DNA of 64,000 bases from an uncultured Acidimicrobiia bacterium (GTDB lineage Bacteria; Actinomycetota; Acidimicrobiia; Acidimicrobiales; AC-14), in the NCBI GenBank assembly GCA_963836205.1, contig CAWIIV010000006.1:192001-256000 (forward strand), written 5' to 3'. Positions within the stretch are counted from its first letter, which is position 1; each line of letters opens with the position of its first letter. Under the pieces are notes generated by a model. It was given only the letters and a program-made list of their open reading frames with translations, searched no databases and had not been told where the DNA came from. Positions 8,999-18,561 of this stretch are shown piece by piece. Position numbers and translations under genes: made by a program.

Positions 8999-10033
8999 GT
9001 GGACATGCTCGCCCTGGTGAAGGCGGCCCCTGGTCCGGGCCTTGCGCTGTGCCACGTCCCCCGTCCCCGGTTCGGGATCAACGACGTGCTCATCCGAGTC
9101 CTGCGCACCGGGATCTGCGGCACCGACCTCCACATCGACGCCTGGGACGGGTGGGCCCGGCGCAACGTCAAGCCGCCACTCGTCGTGGGCCACGAGTTCG
9201 TCGGGGTCATCGAGGACGTCGGGTCGAACGTCACCGGTTTCGCCCCCGGGGAGTCGGTCTCGGGCGAGGGACACGTGGTGTGCGGGCGCTGCCGGCACTG
9301 CCTGGCCGGGCGGCGGGAGCTGTGCGCCCACACCGTCGGACTGGGCGTGGGGCGCGACGGCGCCTTCGCCGAGTATGTCGTCCTGCCCATGACCAACGTC
9401 TGGCGGCACTGGCCCGGCGTCGACCCCGACGTGGCCGCCGTGTTCGACCCGCTGGGCAACGCCGTCCACACCGCGCTGGCGTTCCCGGTGCTGGGCGAGG
9501 ACGTGCTGGTGAGCGGGGCCGGACCCATCGGGCTCATGGCGACCGCGGTCGTCCGCCACGCCGGCGCCCGCCACGTGGTGGTGAGCGAGCCCAACGCCTT
9601 CCGCCGGGAGCTGGCCCTGAGGATGGGGGCCACCGTGGCCATCGACCCGGCGGTGACCCGTCTCGACGACGTCTTCCGCGACCTGGCCATGGTGGAGGGC
9701 TACGACGTGGCGTTGGAGATGTCGGGGAACCCCTCCGCCCTGCAGTCCGCCATCGGGGCCATGGCCCACGGCGGGGGCATCGCGGTGCTCGGCCTGCCGG
9801 CCGACGACGTCCCCATCGACATCAGCGAGGTCGTCCTCAAGATGCTCACCATCCGGGGGATCTACGGCCGGGAGATGTACGAGACCTGGTACAAGATGAC
9901 GGTGATGTTGCAGTCGGGGCTCGACATCCTCCCCGCCATCACCCACCGCTTCGACTTCCACGACCACGAAGCCGCCTTCGCCGCCGCCCGCTCGGGGGAC
10001 TCGGGCAAGGTCGTCATGAACTGGGCGACGTGA
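8999..10033 (+). CDS. tdh: L-threonine 3-dehydrogenase
   Basis: GICGTDLH, GHEF, EGHVVCGRCRHC, FDPLGNAVHT, GIYGREMYETWYKM. Confidence 0.95.
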   Translation: MDMLALVKAAPGPGLALCHVPRPRFGINDVLIRVLRTGICGTDLHIDAWDGWARRNVKPPLVVGHEFVGVIEDVGSNVTGFAPGESVSGEGHVVCGRCRHCLAGRRELCAHTVGLGVGRDGAFAEYVVLPMTNVWRHWPGVDPDVAAVFDPLGNAVHTALAFPVLGEDVLVSGAGPIGLMATAVVRHAGARHVVVSEPNAFRRELALRMGATVAIDPAVTRLDDVFRDLAMVEGYDVALEMSGNPSALQSAIGAMAHGGGIAVLGLPADDVPIDISEVVLKMLTIRGIYGREMYETWYKMTVMLQSGLDILPAITHRFDFHDHEAAFAAARSGDSGKVVMNWAT

Positions 10034-11238
10034 GCGACCCGTCGCCGGCCGACCCGCTGGCGTTCCTGGAGGCGGAGGTGGCCGCCCTCCGGGAGAAGCA
10101 CTTGTACCGGTCGCTGCGGGTGATGACGAGCGCCCAGGGACCGGTGGTGGAGGTCGACGGGCGGCGGCTGGTGAGCCTGTCGTCGAACGACTACCTCGGC
10201 CTCACCCACCATCCCCGGCTCAAGGAGGCGGCCCTGGCCGCGGTCGCCGACTTCGGGGTGGGGTCGGGGGCGGTGCGCACCATCGCCGGCACCATGGCCG
10301 CCCACGAGGCCCTGGAGGCGGAGCTGGCCGAGTTCAAGGGCGTGCCCGCGGTGCTCACCTTCCAGTCCGGGTTCACGGCCAACACCGGCCTCATCCCCAC
10401 CATCACCGGCGAGTCCGACCTGATCGTGTCCGACGCCCTCAACCACGCCTCGATCATCGACGGGATGCGCCTGTCGAAGGCGCCGAGGCGCATCTACCCC
10501 CACGCCGACGTCGAGGCCCTGCGCGTCATCCTCGACGAGGCCGTCGCTGAGAGCCGCTACCGGCTGATCCTGGTGGTCACCGACGGGGTGTTCAGCATGG
10601 ACGGCGACATCGCCCCGCTTCCCGGGATCGTGGACGCGGCTGAGGCGGCGGGGGCGGCGGTGCTGGTCGACGACGCCCACGGCTCGGGCGTTCTCGGCCG
10701 CCAGGGTCGGGGGACGGTCGACCACTTCGGGCTCACGGGGCGGGTCTCCATCCAGGTGGGGACGCTGTCGAAGGCGGTCGGCGGGCTGGGCGGCTACGTG
10801 GCCGGGCCCACGGCGTTGCGGGAGATCCTCACCCAACGGGCGCGTCCGTTCCTCTTCTCCACGTCGCACCCACCGTCGGTGGTGGCCGCCTGCCGCGCCG
10901 CCCTCCGGGTCATGCAGGACGAGCCCGAGCTGCTCGAGCGGCTGTGGGCCAACACCCGCCGGTTCAAGGCCGAGCTGGCGCGGCTGGGCTTCGACATCGG
11001 CCGGTCGGAGACCCCGATCACCCCGGTGATGATGGGCGACCCGGAGACGGCCATGCACTTCTCCGATCGCCTGGCCGACGAGGGCGTGTTCGCCCAGCCG
11101 GTGGTCTTCCCCACCGTCGCCCTGGAGAAGGCCCGCATCCGCACCATCGTCACCGCCGCCCACACCGACGAGCACCTCGACCGGGCCGTGGCCGCCTTCG
11201 CCACGGTCGGCCGGGAGCTGGGACTGGTCGGCGGCTGA
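10030..11238 (+). CDS. kbl: Glycine C-acetyltransferase (2-amino-3-ketobutyrate CoA ligase)
   Basis: SNDYLGL, SDALNHASIIDG, DGVFSMDGD, VDDAHG, GTLSKA. Overlaps the tdh stop. Confidence 0.92.
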   Translation: MSDPSPADPLAFLEAEVAALREKHLYRSLRVMTSAQGPVVEVDGRRLVSLSSNDYLGLTHHPRLKEAALAAVADFGVGSGAVRTIAGTMAAHEALEAELAEFKGVPAVLTFQSGFTANTGLIPTITGESDLIVSDALNHASIIDGMRLSKAPRRIYPHADVEALRVILDEAVAESRYRLILVVTDGVFSMDGDIAPLPGIVDAAEAAGAAVLVDDAHGSGVLGRQGRGTVDHFGLTGRVSIQVGTLSKAVGGLGGYVAGPTALREILTQRARPFLFSTSHPPSVVAACRAALRVMQDEPELLERLWANTRRFKAELARLGFDIGRSETPITPVMMGDPETAMHFSDRLADEGVFAQPVVFPTVALEKARIRTIVTAAHTDEHLDRAVAAFATVGRELGLVGG

Positions 11239-11249
11239 GCCCGAGAGCG

Positions 11250-11296
11250 AACCGGTGACGGTGAAGGTCGTCAGACGAGGTTCACCGTCACCGGTT
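11250..11296. repeat. 16-bp perfect inverted repeat (REP-like or bidirectional terminator)
   Basis: AACCGGTGACGGTGAA...TTCACCGTCACCGGTT between convergent genes. Ends resemble the array at 50.8 kb. Confidence 0.75.
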
Positions 11297-11301
11297 GCTG
11301 G

Positions 11302-11949
11302 TCAGTTCAGGCGTTGCAGGTAGCCGTTGTCGACCAGCCACAGCACGTTGAGCTGGGCCGGCGCACCCGGGACGAGCGAGCCCTGGAGCATGTACTGGAC
11401 GCCCTTGCCCGGCTGCCCGAAGGCGGGTGCGATGGGCCCGCCGTCGACCCGGAACTCCTTGAGCACCCGGTAGGCCCGGTAGTTGCACTTGGCCGGCGTG
11501 GTCGTGTTGTCGAGGCTCTGGGGCGGGATCGCCCGCTGCGAGTAGAGGATGCCGAACGGGGCGAGGAACGCACCGAACTCGCTCCCGTAGCGGTCGACCT
11601 GCTGACCGATGCGCAAGGGGATGGGCGCCTCGATGGGCTGGCCGTCGGGACCGACGAGGAAGCCGTTGAACGGCGGGTAGCGCCAACCACCCTGGCCCCC
11701 GAAGGCGGTGGGATCCCAGTAGGTGGCGATGAAATCGTTGGGACTGAGACCGGCGAGCCGGTCGTACCGGGTGAGCTCAAGGCCGACCGAACCGGTGGTG
11801 GGGAGATCTCGCGGACCCAACCGGGCGTCGCCGTTGAAGTTCTCCTCGGAACACTGGTTGGGCGGCGTCGCCGTCGCCGACAGCGCCGGCGATCCCCACG
11901 CCCAGACCAGGGTGATCACAGCCGCCGCAAGTACGCGCCGAACCTTCAT
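11302..11949 (-). CDS. Secreted TNT (DUF4237) domain protein, putative NAD+ glycohydrolase
   Basis: Signal peptide; WRYPPFNGF, DRYGSEFGAFLAP, RAIPP, IAPAFGQPGKGVQY. Confidence 0.85.
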   Translation of the reverse strand: MKVRRVLAAAVITLVWAWGSPALSATATPPNQCSEENFNGDARLGPRDLPTTGSVGLELTRYDRLAGLSPNDFIATYWDPTAFGGQGGWRYPPFNGFLVGPDGQPIEAPIPLRIGQQVDRYGSEFGAFLAPFGILYSQRAIPPQSLDNTTTPAKCNYRAYRVLKEFRVDGGPIAPAFGQPGKGVQYMLQGSLVPGAPAQLNVLWLVDNGYLQRLN

Positions 11950-12074
11950 CCGCGCCTCCCTACTCGATGGTTGCGGGACATTACCCCGCCGCGGTCGCGA
12001 GGTCGGTCTGGCATCATGCTTCTGTACCCGCAAGCACCTCCCTCGACGGCGGGGACGGGATCGGAGACGAGCGG

Positions 12075-13640
12075 ATGCTCCTGCCCATGCTGTTGAGCAG
12101 CCAGACTCCCAGGCTGGCCGCCATGGTGGGCAAGGTCCCACCGCTCACGGAGTGGATCAGCCGACGGGTGATCGAGGGGTACTGCTCGGCGACGGTGCCC
12201 CGGCCCCGGGCGTTCTCCATGGCCGGCGACTACACGACGTGGCGGGGTCTCACCGACCGGAGGTGGACCGGCCGGCACCTCCCGGCGGTGGCGGCGTCGA
12301 CACAGGTCGACCTGCCGAGCGCGGCCGACGTGGTCGCCCTGTTCCGGCGGGAGCAGGAGGTCAAGTCGACCGACACCAGCGTCCTGTTCGCCTTCTTCGC
12401 CCAGTGGTTCACCGACAGCTTCCTGCGGACGAGCCACGGAAAGCTGAACCTCGGGAAGAACACGTCGAACCACGAGATCGACCTGTGCCAGATCTACGGG
12501 CTCACCGAGGACAGGACCACGATGCTGCGCTCGGGGGGCGGTGGTCGCCTGCGCACCCAGCTGATCGAGGGCGAGGAGTACCCCGACTATCTGTTCCAGC
12601 CACGGCAGCCGGCCGGTCCTCTGGCCGTCAAGCCGATCTTCGCCGGACTCCACGACGACAAGTTCCTCCTCGACGTGATCCTTGGCGAGGTGGCCGACGA
12701 GCGCAAGGACTTCGTCTTCGCCGTCGGGCTGGAGCACGGCAACGCCACCATCGGCAACACGATCATGAACGTCGTCTTCGTGCGAGAGCACAACCGGGTG
12801 GCCGGCGTGCTTCAGAAGGCCAACCCCGGATGGGACGACGAGCAGCTGTTCCAGACCGCACGCAACGTCCTGACCGTGATGCTCCTGAACCTGGTGGTGC
12901 AGGAGTACATCGTCCATATCGCACCCATCGACTTCCCCCTGAAGCGGGTCCCGTTCCTGGCCGACGAGGCGGGGTGGAACCGGTCGAACTGGATCGCGAT
13001 CGAGTTCAACCTCCTCTACCGCTGGCACTCGCTCGTACCCGATGTCATCGGCCAGGGTGACACGAAGATCGAGCCGCAGGACTTCCGCAACAACAACCCG
13101 CTGGTTCTGGCGAGGGGCATCGAGTCCCTGATCTCCCAGTTCTCGAGCGAGAAGGCGGGACGGATCGGCCTCATGAACACCCCCCGGTTCCTCGTCGACC
13201 GGCACGACCCGAGCGAACCCTCCACCGAGGAGCGGACCGTCGACCTGATGCGCAACGCCCGCCTGGCGTCGTACAACGACTACCGGACGAGGTTCAACCT
13301 GGAGCCGTACACGAGCTTCGACCAGCTGACCAAGAACGCCGCCCTCCGGGCTCGGCTGGAGGAGCTCTACGGAACCATCGACCGGCTCGAGTGGTACGTG
13401 GGCATCTTCGCCGAGGACTACGGCAAGAACTCGATGATGGGTGGCCTGCTCACCACGATGGTGGCCTACGACGCCTTCACCCAGGCCCTGACCAACCCGC
13501 TGCTGGCGCGACGTGTGTACACCGAGGCGACGTTCTCGGCCGCCGGACTGGCGCAGATCGAGTCCACCGAGAGCCTGCAGCAGATCGTCACCCGCAACTC
13601 GGATCCGGGGAAGAAGGCCCACGCCCGCTTCAAGATCTGA
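12075..13640 (+). CDS. Animal-heme-peroxidase / cyclooxygenase-like fatty-acid dioxygenase
   Basis: FAFFAQWFTD, IDLCQIYG, REHNRV, WDDEQLFQTAR, EFNLLYRWH. Confidence 0.88.
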   Translation: MLLPMLLSSQTPRLAAMVGKVPPLTEWISRRVIEGYCSATVPRPRAFSMAGDYTTWRGLTDRRWTGRHLPAVAASTQVDLPSAADVVALFRREQEVKSTDTSVLFAFFAQWFTDSFLRTSHGKLNLGKNTSNHEIDLCQIYGLTEDRTTMLRSGGGGRLRTQLIEGEEYPDYLFQPRQPAGPLAVKPIFAGLHDDKFLLDVILGEVADERKDFVFAVGLEHGNATIGNTIMNVVFVREHNRVAGVLQKANPGWDDEQLFQTARNVLTVMLLNLVVQEYIVHIAPIDFPLKRVPFLADEAGWNRSNWIAIEFNLLYRWHSLVPDVIGQGDTKIEPQDFRNNNPLVLARGIESLISQFSSEKAGRIGLMNTPRFLVDRHDPSEPSTEERTVDLMRNARLASYNDYRTRFNLEPYTSFDQLTKNAALRARLEELYGTIDRLEWYVGIFAEDYGKNSMMGGLLTTMVAYDAFTQALTNPLLARRVYTEATFSAAGLAQIESTESLQQIVTRNSDPGKKAHARFKI

Positions 13641-13749
13641 CCCCCAAGGGTCCGGACGGCCCCGTAAGCAAGCCCGGCCTGACGCTGGGCCCCGGGATCG
13701 TCCTCCAACTCGCCTCAAGGCGACGCTCGCTCATCGGCGATCGCGCCAT

Positions 13750-13964
13750 GCTGCGGCCGGTGGCGACATCCAGGACGACAGGTTCGACGCGAAGGACTCG
13801 GTCACCGTCTGCGCGTTCACCACGGATCTATCCGAGGCGCCGCTGATCAGACTCTCGTCGAAACCGGACGACATCAACGGACTGCGGGAGAGGTGCAGCC
13901 TGATGGTCGACAAGATCATCACGATCCCCGCTCGAAGCTCGGCGAACACGTCGGTCGAGTCAAC
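13750..13964 (+). pseudogene. Truncated duplicate of the downstream mazF/pemK
   Basis: Near-identical to 14317-14530 (IQDDRFDA.DSVTVCAFTTD...CSLMVDKIITIP). Lacks the 5' end and is frameshifted at the 3' end. Confidence 0.85.
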
Positions 13965-14021
13965 AGTGTTCGACCGGCGATAAGGGGTCAGTGTTCAGGC
14001 GGTGCGACACGGCGGCGTCGC

Positions 14022-14033
14022 GTTACATGTAAC
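14022..14033. promoter_or_regulatory. Palindromic operator upstream of the TA operon
   Basis: Perfect palindrome GTTACATGTAAC 9 nt before the antitoxin start. Confidence 0.65.
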
Positions 14034-14042
14034 AATTGCCTC

Positions 14043-14264
14043 GTGGCCACGCCGCAGGAGAAGTCGGACACCACGGCGCGCGTCCGTGACTACCGCACGC
14101 GACTTCGGGCACAAGGCCTGCGTCCAGTACAGATCTGGGTACCGGATGTCCGATCGCCGCTGTTCGCCGAGGAGGCGCATCGTCAATCGGCCGCCGTGGC
14201 CAACAGCGACTGTGCCGGCGACGACCAAGCCTTCATCGACGCTCTCAGCGCCGAGGACGGGTGA
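14043..14264 (+). CDS. mazE: MazE-like antitoxin (DUF3018)
   Basis: RVRDYRTRLRAQGLRPVQIWVPDVRSP...EAHRQS...DDQAFID. Confidence 0.88.
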   Translation: MATPQEKSDTTARVRDYRTRLRAQGLRPVQIWVPDVRSPLFAEEAHRQSAAVANSDCAGDDQAFIDALSAEDG

Positions 14265-14590
14265 GGCGCAGCGAGATCTGGACCGCTGCGGCCGGAAGCG
14301 GCTACGCCGGCAAGCCGCGGCCGGTGGTGATCATCCAGGACGACCGGTTCGACGCGACGGACTCGGTGACCGTCTGCGCGTTCACGACGGATCCCACCGA
14401 GGCGCCGCTCATCAGACTCCTCGTCGCACCAGACGACATCAACGGACTGCGGGAGAGGTGCAGCCTGATGGTCGACAAGATCATCACGATTCCCCGCTCG
14501 AGGCTTGGCGAACACGTCGGTCGACTCAGCGACGACGACATGGTGCGGCTGGGCCGCGCCATCCTGGTCTACTTCGGCCTGGCGGGCTGA
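14261..14590 (+). CDS. mazF: PemK/MazF toxin
   Basis: GYAGKPRPVVIIQDD, LMVDKIIT. GTGA overlap with the antitoxin. Confidence 0.92.
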   Translation: MRRSEIWTAAAGSGYAGKPRPVVIIQDDRFDATDSVTVCAFTTDPTEAPLIRLLVAPDDINGLRERCSLMVDKIITIPRSRLGEHVGRLSDDDMVRLGRAILVYFGLAG

Positions 14591-15104
14591 GAGCCTCCGA
14601 CCGTCGGTACCGCTCCTCCCGTGGGACACGAGGGCCTCGCGTCGAGCGACCGAGATGGCACGTTCGAGGACGGCGCCGCCACGGCCGGGATCCGCGCTTG
14701 TCGCCCGCCCCCGATCCGAACCACCGGGTCACTCCGGCGGCATCCGACGTTTCTGGTTCTGGGACACCGCTGTCACCTCCTGTCGCGCCCGGAACCGTCG
14801 TTCGGCCACGGTAAGGGGGGTGCCGAGCGCTGTGCGCGGTCTCGTAAGAACCGATCGGTCGCCTCGACGGTTGCCGTGGTCATTTGCTTCCCGCCGGTAT
14901 GCCCGGTGTCGACAACGATCACGGCTGCGTCGGTCCATGCCTCCGCAAGGAGCCACGGCGCGCCCACGCTGCCGCCGTGCAGACTGATCGCACGCCCAGT
15001 GCGTGACAGCCATGAGACCAGTGCCGCCCTCCGGCGCGATGACTGAGCAGGTAGGGGCGGCCCGTGGAAGGTCCCCCGACGGCGTTCAGTCGGAGGAAGC
15101 CACA

Positions 15105-15713
15105 ATGATGCTCGGTGTGAGGATCGGCGTTTGTTCCGACGTGCACGGTCGGCATGACCGGCTCCTGACTGTGCTCGGCGCCATGGCGGCGGCCGGGGTC
15201 GACGAGCGCTGGTGCCTCGGTGATCTGGTCGGAAGCGAGCCGGTCACGGCTGAGCTGGTGGGCGCGGCTCGCCAACTCGACCTGCTCATCGCCGGAAACC
15301 ACGACGCCTGGGTGCTCGGGCCAGACCGGGTCACCGCCCACGGGCGCGACGTGTTCAGGTTGGCGAGGCGCGCGATGGCCAGCCGTCACGGCATCGACTG
15401 CTGGCACGGCTCGCCGCGCCACCCCCTGCTCGGTTTCCTCACCGAGGCGTCTGCCGCCCGGGTCCTGCCCGACCGCCCCCTGGGCTCGCTCGGCCTCGTC
15501 GGCCATACCCATGAACCGGCGCTCTTCGCCTACGACGGCGCCACGACGCGCGCGGTCCGACCCGTCCCGGGCGAGTCGTACGACTGGCTCGGGACCGGCG
15601 CCTGCATGGCCAACCCGGGGGCGGTCTGCGGCAACCCGCGTGACGCCGCCAGCTGGTGGCTCATCGTCGACATTGATGCCCGCGTGCTGCGGTGGCAGCG
15701 CGAGGAGCTCTAG
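15105..15713 (+). CDS. Calcineurin-like metallophosphoesterase
   Basis: SDVHG, CLGDLVG, GNHD, HGSP, GHTH, NPG motifs; GGAGG RBS. Confidence 0.85.
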   Translation: MMLGVRIGVCSDVHGRHDRLLTVLGAMAAAGVDERWCLGDLVGSEPVTAELVGAARQLDLLIAGNHDAWVLGPDRVTAHGRDVFRLARRAMASRHGIDCWHGSPRHPLLGFLTEASAARVLPDRPLGSLGLVGHTHEPALFAYDGATTRAVRPVPGESYDWLGTGACMANPGAVCGNPRDAASWWLIVDIDARVLRWQREEL

Positions 15714-16179
15714 TCCGAAGACGCTGCCGCTGCCGGCTTGCGGTCGTCCTCACCACCGGCTCGGGAGGGTCCTGGAGCTGGCCGTGACCGAGCGCGGCGA
15801 GTCCCGTTTTCTCAGGCAGCGACAGGCGCGTCCGATGGCGGCGACGGTCGGCCGGAGACGGGCCGTCCGAGCCAAAGCGGGAAGTGCGGCGCCGGCTCCA
15901 CGCGAGAGCTCGTCGTTCGTGAGGCCCGCGAGTCGTCGGGAGGTGCGGGCGAACCTGTCGTCGGATTGGTCGACAAGCAGATCGCGGACGTTCATCGGGT
16001 TCCTCAGGGCCGGAATGATTGGCACGGCCCACCCGCCGAACGCCCCCAGCCGTCCGCGCAATTGGTTCCTGGGTCAGAGATCTCGCGCCACTACTCGGCC
16101 TTGCCTCTCCCGCCGTGGAGCACTATGGCGCGCCAGAACCACACCCCGAAGAGCACCAGGCGTGCCGCGAGCGGCCGCG

Positions 16180-17115
16180 TCAGTCCCGCTTCCACGCCGG
16201 TAGAGAGGTTGGCGCCTCCCCCCGAGCTTCGGCTCTGACAGCCACCAAGGCCAGCTCCGAGTGTCGAGGGCGATCTCCGCGTACTGCGGCCTGAAGGGCG
16301 TAGTCGCCGATGGTCGGTGGACGGAAGCTGGAATTCCAGGTCCCGATGCCGTTGGGTTGGAGCAACAGCGTCGTCACGAACTCCCCGTCCCTCGTGACGA
16401 CCGCACATGGGGCGTCGGCAGCGGTCGCCTCACCGAGGCGAACCGTCACGGCGACCTCCCCGTTCGGTGCCACTTCGCTCGGGCTCGCGTCGATCGTCAG
16501 CCTGCGGGTCGTCAGGCCAAAGACGATGACACCGATGTTCTCGGCATCGCCGGTCTCGTTCCGTACGAACAACTCACCATCGTGCGGAGAGGTGATCGCA
16601 GCGGTGACCACCGGGGCACCAAGCAGGTCCTCCCTGCTGAACTCGGCGCCGTCCATGCTCGCTGAGATGCCATCTACCCCAGGCAGGATCCACAGGAGGG
16701 CGGCAGACGCGCCGTCGAAGTTGACCGGGAAGGTGGCGGTTTCGCCGCGTGGCACCGTCTGCGCCTGCTGGTCGATGACGTCATAGCCCTCGGGCGCAGC
16801 TTGGCCGAGGATCGCTGAACCTGAGCCGGGGTCGTCCGCTGGGTTGGCCTCGCAGCCGGACGTAGGTCGGTCGCTCGATGTCGGGGTCGTCGAAGCCTGA
16901 CTACCAGAGCCGGTCGAACCAGCCTCGATAGTCGGGTCCGGACCGCCGCAGCCACTCCCGAGAGCGATGATCGCCGTCACCGCCACGACCCAGCGATGTC
17001 CTCTCGATCCGACGGCCTCCAGGCCGTGGCCGTCGGCTGGCGCCACACCTTGCGTGCCCTGAGCCTGCCTGGCTCCAAGTCGGAGGAGCGTGCGAGTGCG
17101 CCCGTCGCTCATCAT
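16180..17115 (-). CDS. Hypothetical lipoprotein
   Basis: Hydrophobic stretch ending ALGSGC, Ser/Thr linker, beta-rich domain; GGAGG RBS. Confidence 0.6.
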   Translation of the reverse strand: MMSDGRTRTLLRLGARQAQGTQGVAPADGHGLEAVGSRGHRWVVAVTAIIALGSGCGGPDPTIEAGSTGSGSQASTTPTSSDRPTSGCEANPADDPGSGSAILGQAAPEGYDVIDQQAQTVPRGETATFPVNFDGASAALLWILPGVDGISASMDGAEFSREDLLGAPVVTAAITSPHDGELFVRNETGDAENIGVIVFGLTTRRLTIDASPSEVAPNGEVAVTVRLGEATAADAPCAVVTRDGEFVTTLLLQPNGIGTWNSSFRPPTIGDYALQAAVRGDRPRHSELALVAVRAEARGEAPTSLPAWKRD

Positions 17116-17993
17116 GAACCTCCGCCGGCGGCTCGGTTGACCCTAAGACTACCGCTGCGAGGCGGCTCGTAGTCGGCGAGCGCCAATTCATTCTCGGGCC
17201 GAAAACCCTTCGGGAGCAATGTCGAGGGCACCAGGCCACACGAGGACGACACCAAGCTTCCGGCAGAGGTCGGCCCAAGTCGGACCGGACGGCCGATGCT
17301 CGACGGCAAGGACTGCGGTTACAACGTCCGAGTCGTCTCCCCTATGTCCCGCTCCCAGAGCGGCTGGCCGTACCGACGGTCTGGGGTCCCGTCAAGGTTG
17401 ACCCGGGCCGGGCGGCCCGTGGCGGGTCGAACATTTTCGAGAACGCCAGGGCGCCCCGCTGGATGCGGCATCGCTCGATGCAGGATGCGGTAGGGCGGCG
17501 GGCCGGCGGCCGCGAGCAAGCCTCGGTTGATGAGCGCGTGCATTTCGCTCACGGACGCCCAGCAAATCGCGCCGCCCCGTCCTCGTCCAGCCACTCACCC
17601 TCGATGGCGGTCGGGACGCGAGAGTACAGAGCACGCAGGGCACGGCGGCGGGGCCGCTGCATCCACCCGGCGGCTCGAAAGACCACGTGGCGGCGCGCTC
17701 CCCTGGTTGTCATGGAGGGTCCGAAGTCGCGACCCGCCACCCTCCCCTCCCTCCCCTGCCTTTGACATCACCGCCATCAGGCTTTCCGTCCCTGAGGGGA
17801 ACCCCGGGAAGAGCGCGGGCGACGACGCTGACAAGTCGCTCGTTATGAGAATGAGTCGGTCGTGAGGGGAACCGTCACGCACCGGCAACGGTCTCCACAT
17901 GTCGTCGGCCGCCGAGCACGGCTACGCGTGACTGCGTTTCAACATCGATGCCGGCGGTTGAGCCTGCCCGGGTCGCCGCTGGTCCCGTGACTC

Positions 17994-18534
17994 CTACTTG
18001 TCGAACTGGGCCCAATCTTCGGGGTTGTCCTCCACGAAGTGGTCGAGGACGGCGCCGTCGACACCGTCGACGAGCACGAGACCCCTTTGCTTGGGGGGCT
18101 CGTCGTTGGAGTAGAGGAGGATGCGCCACGTGGGGCGGCTGCGGAGGCCGCGCCAGCCGAGTTGGGCGGACGCGTGGCCGACGGGGAAGCCGACCTGGCC
18201 GGCCGCGGCCACCAGGGCGTCGCCGTCGCGAACCTTCAACGGCCAGGCCGCGGCCAGGTGGTAGGCGCCGATGGCGAGCAGGGCGATGGCTCCGCCGAGC
18301 ATGCCGTCGTTGACGAGGACGGCGTCGTCGCCCCGGCTGGTGGCCCACAGGGCGAAGCAGGCGGTGGCGACCAGCAGGTACACGTACGCCGGCCACCGGC
18401 GGCGGCGGATGTCGGGGAAGGTGTACTGGCCCACGTAGGCGGTGACGTCGAGCTCGGCCGGGAGGGTGTCGCCGCGGTCGGCGTGGTCGCCGGCGGCGGC
18501 GGGAGTGAGCCGGCGCCTGCTTGTCGTCTTCCAT
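17994..18534 (-). CDS. Hypothetical membrane protein (probable frameshift near 18502)
   Basis: DTLPAELDVTAYVGQYTFPD, two TM segments, GWRGLRSRPTWRILLYS. The ATG at 18534 is in a neighbouring frame. Confidence 0.7.
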
Positions 18535-18561
18535 CTCGGGTGCCAGCGTACGCTCGTCTCC

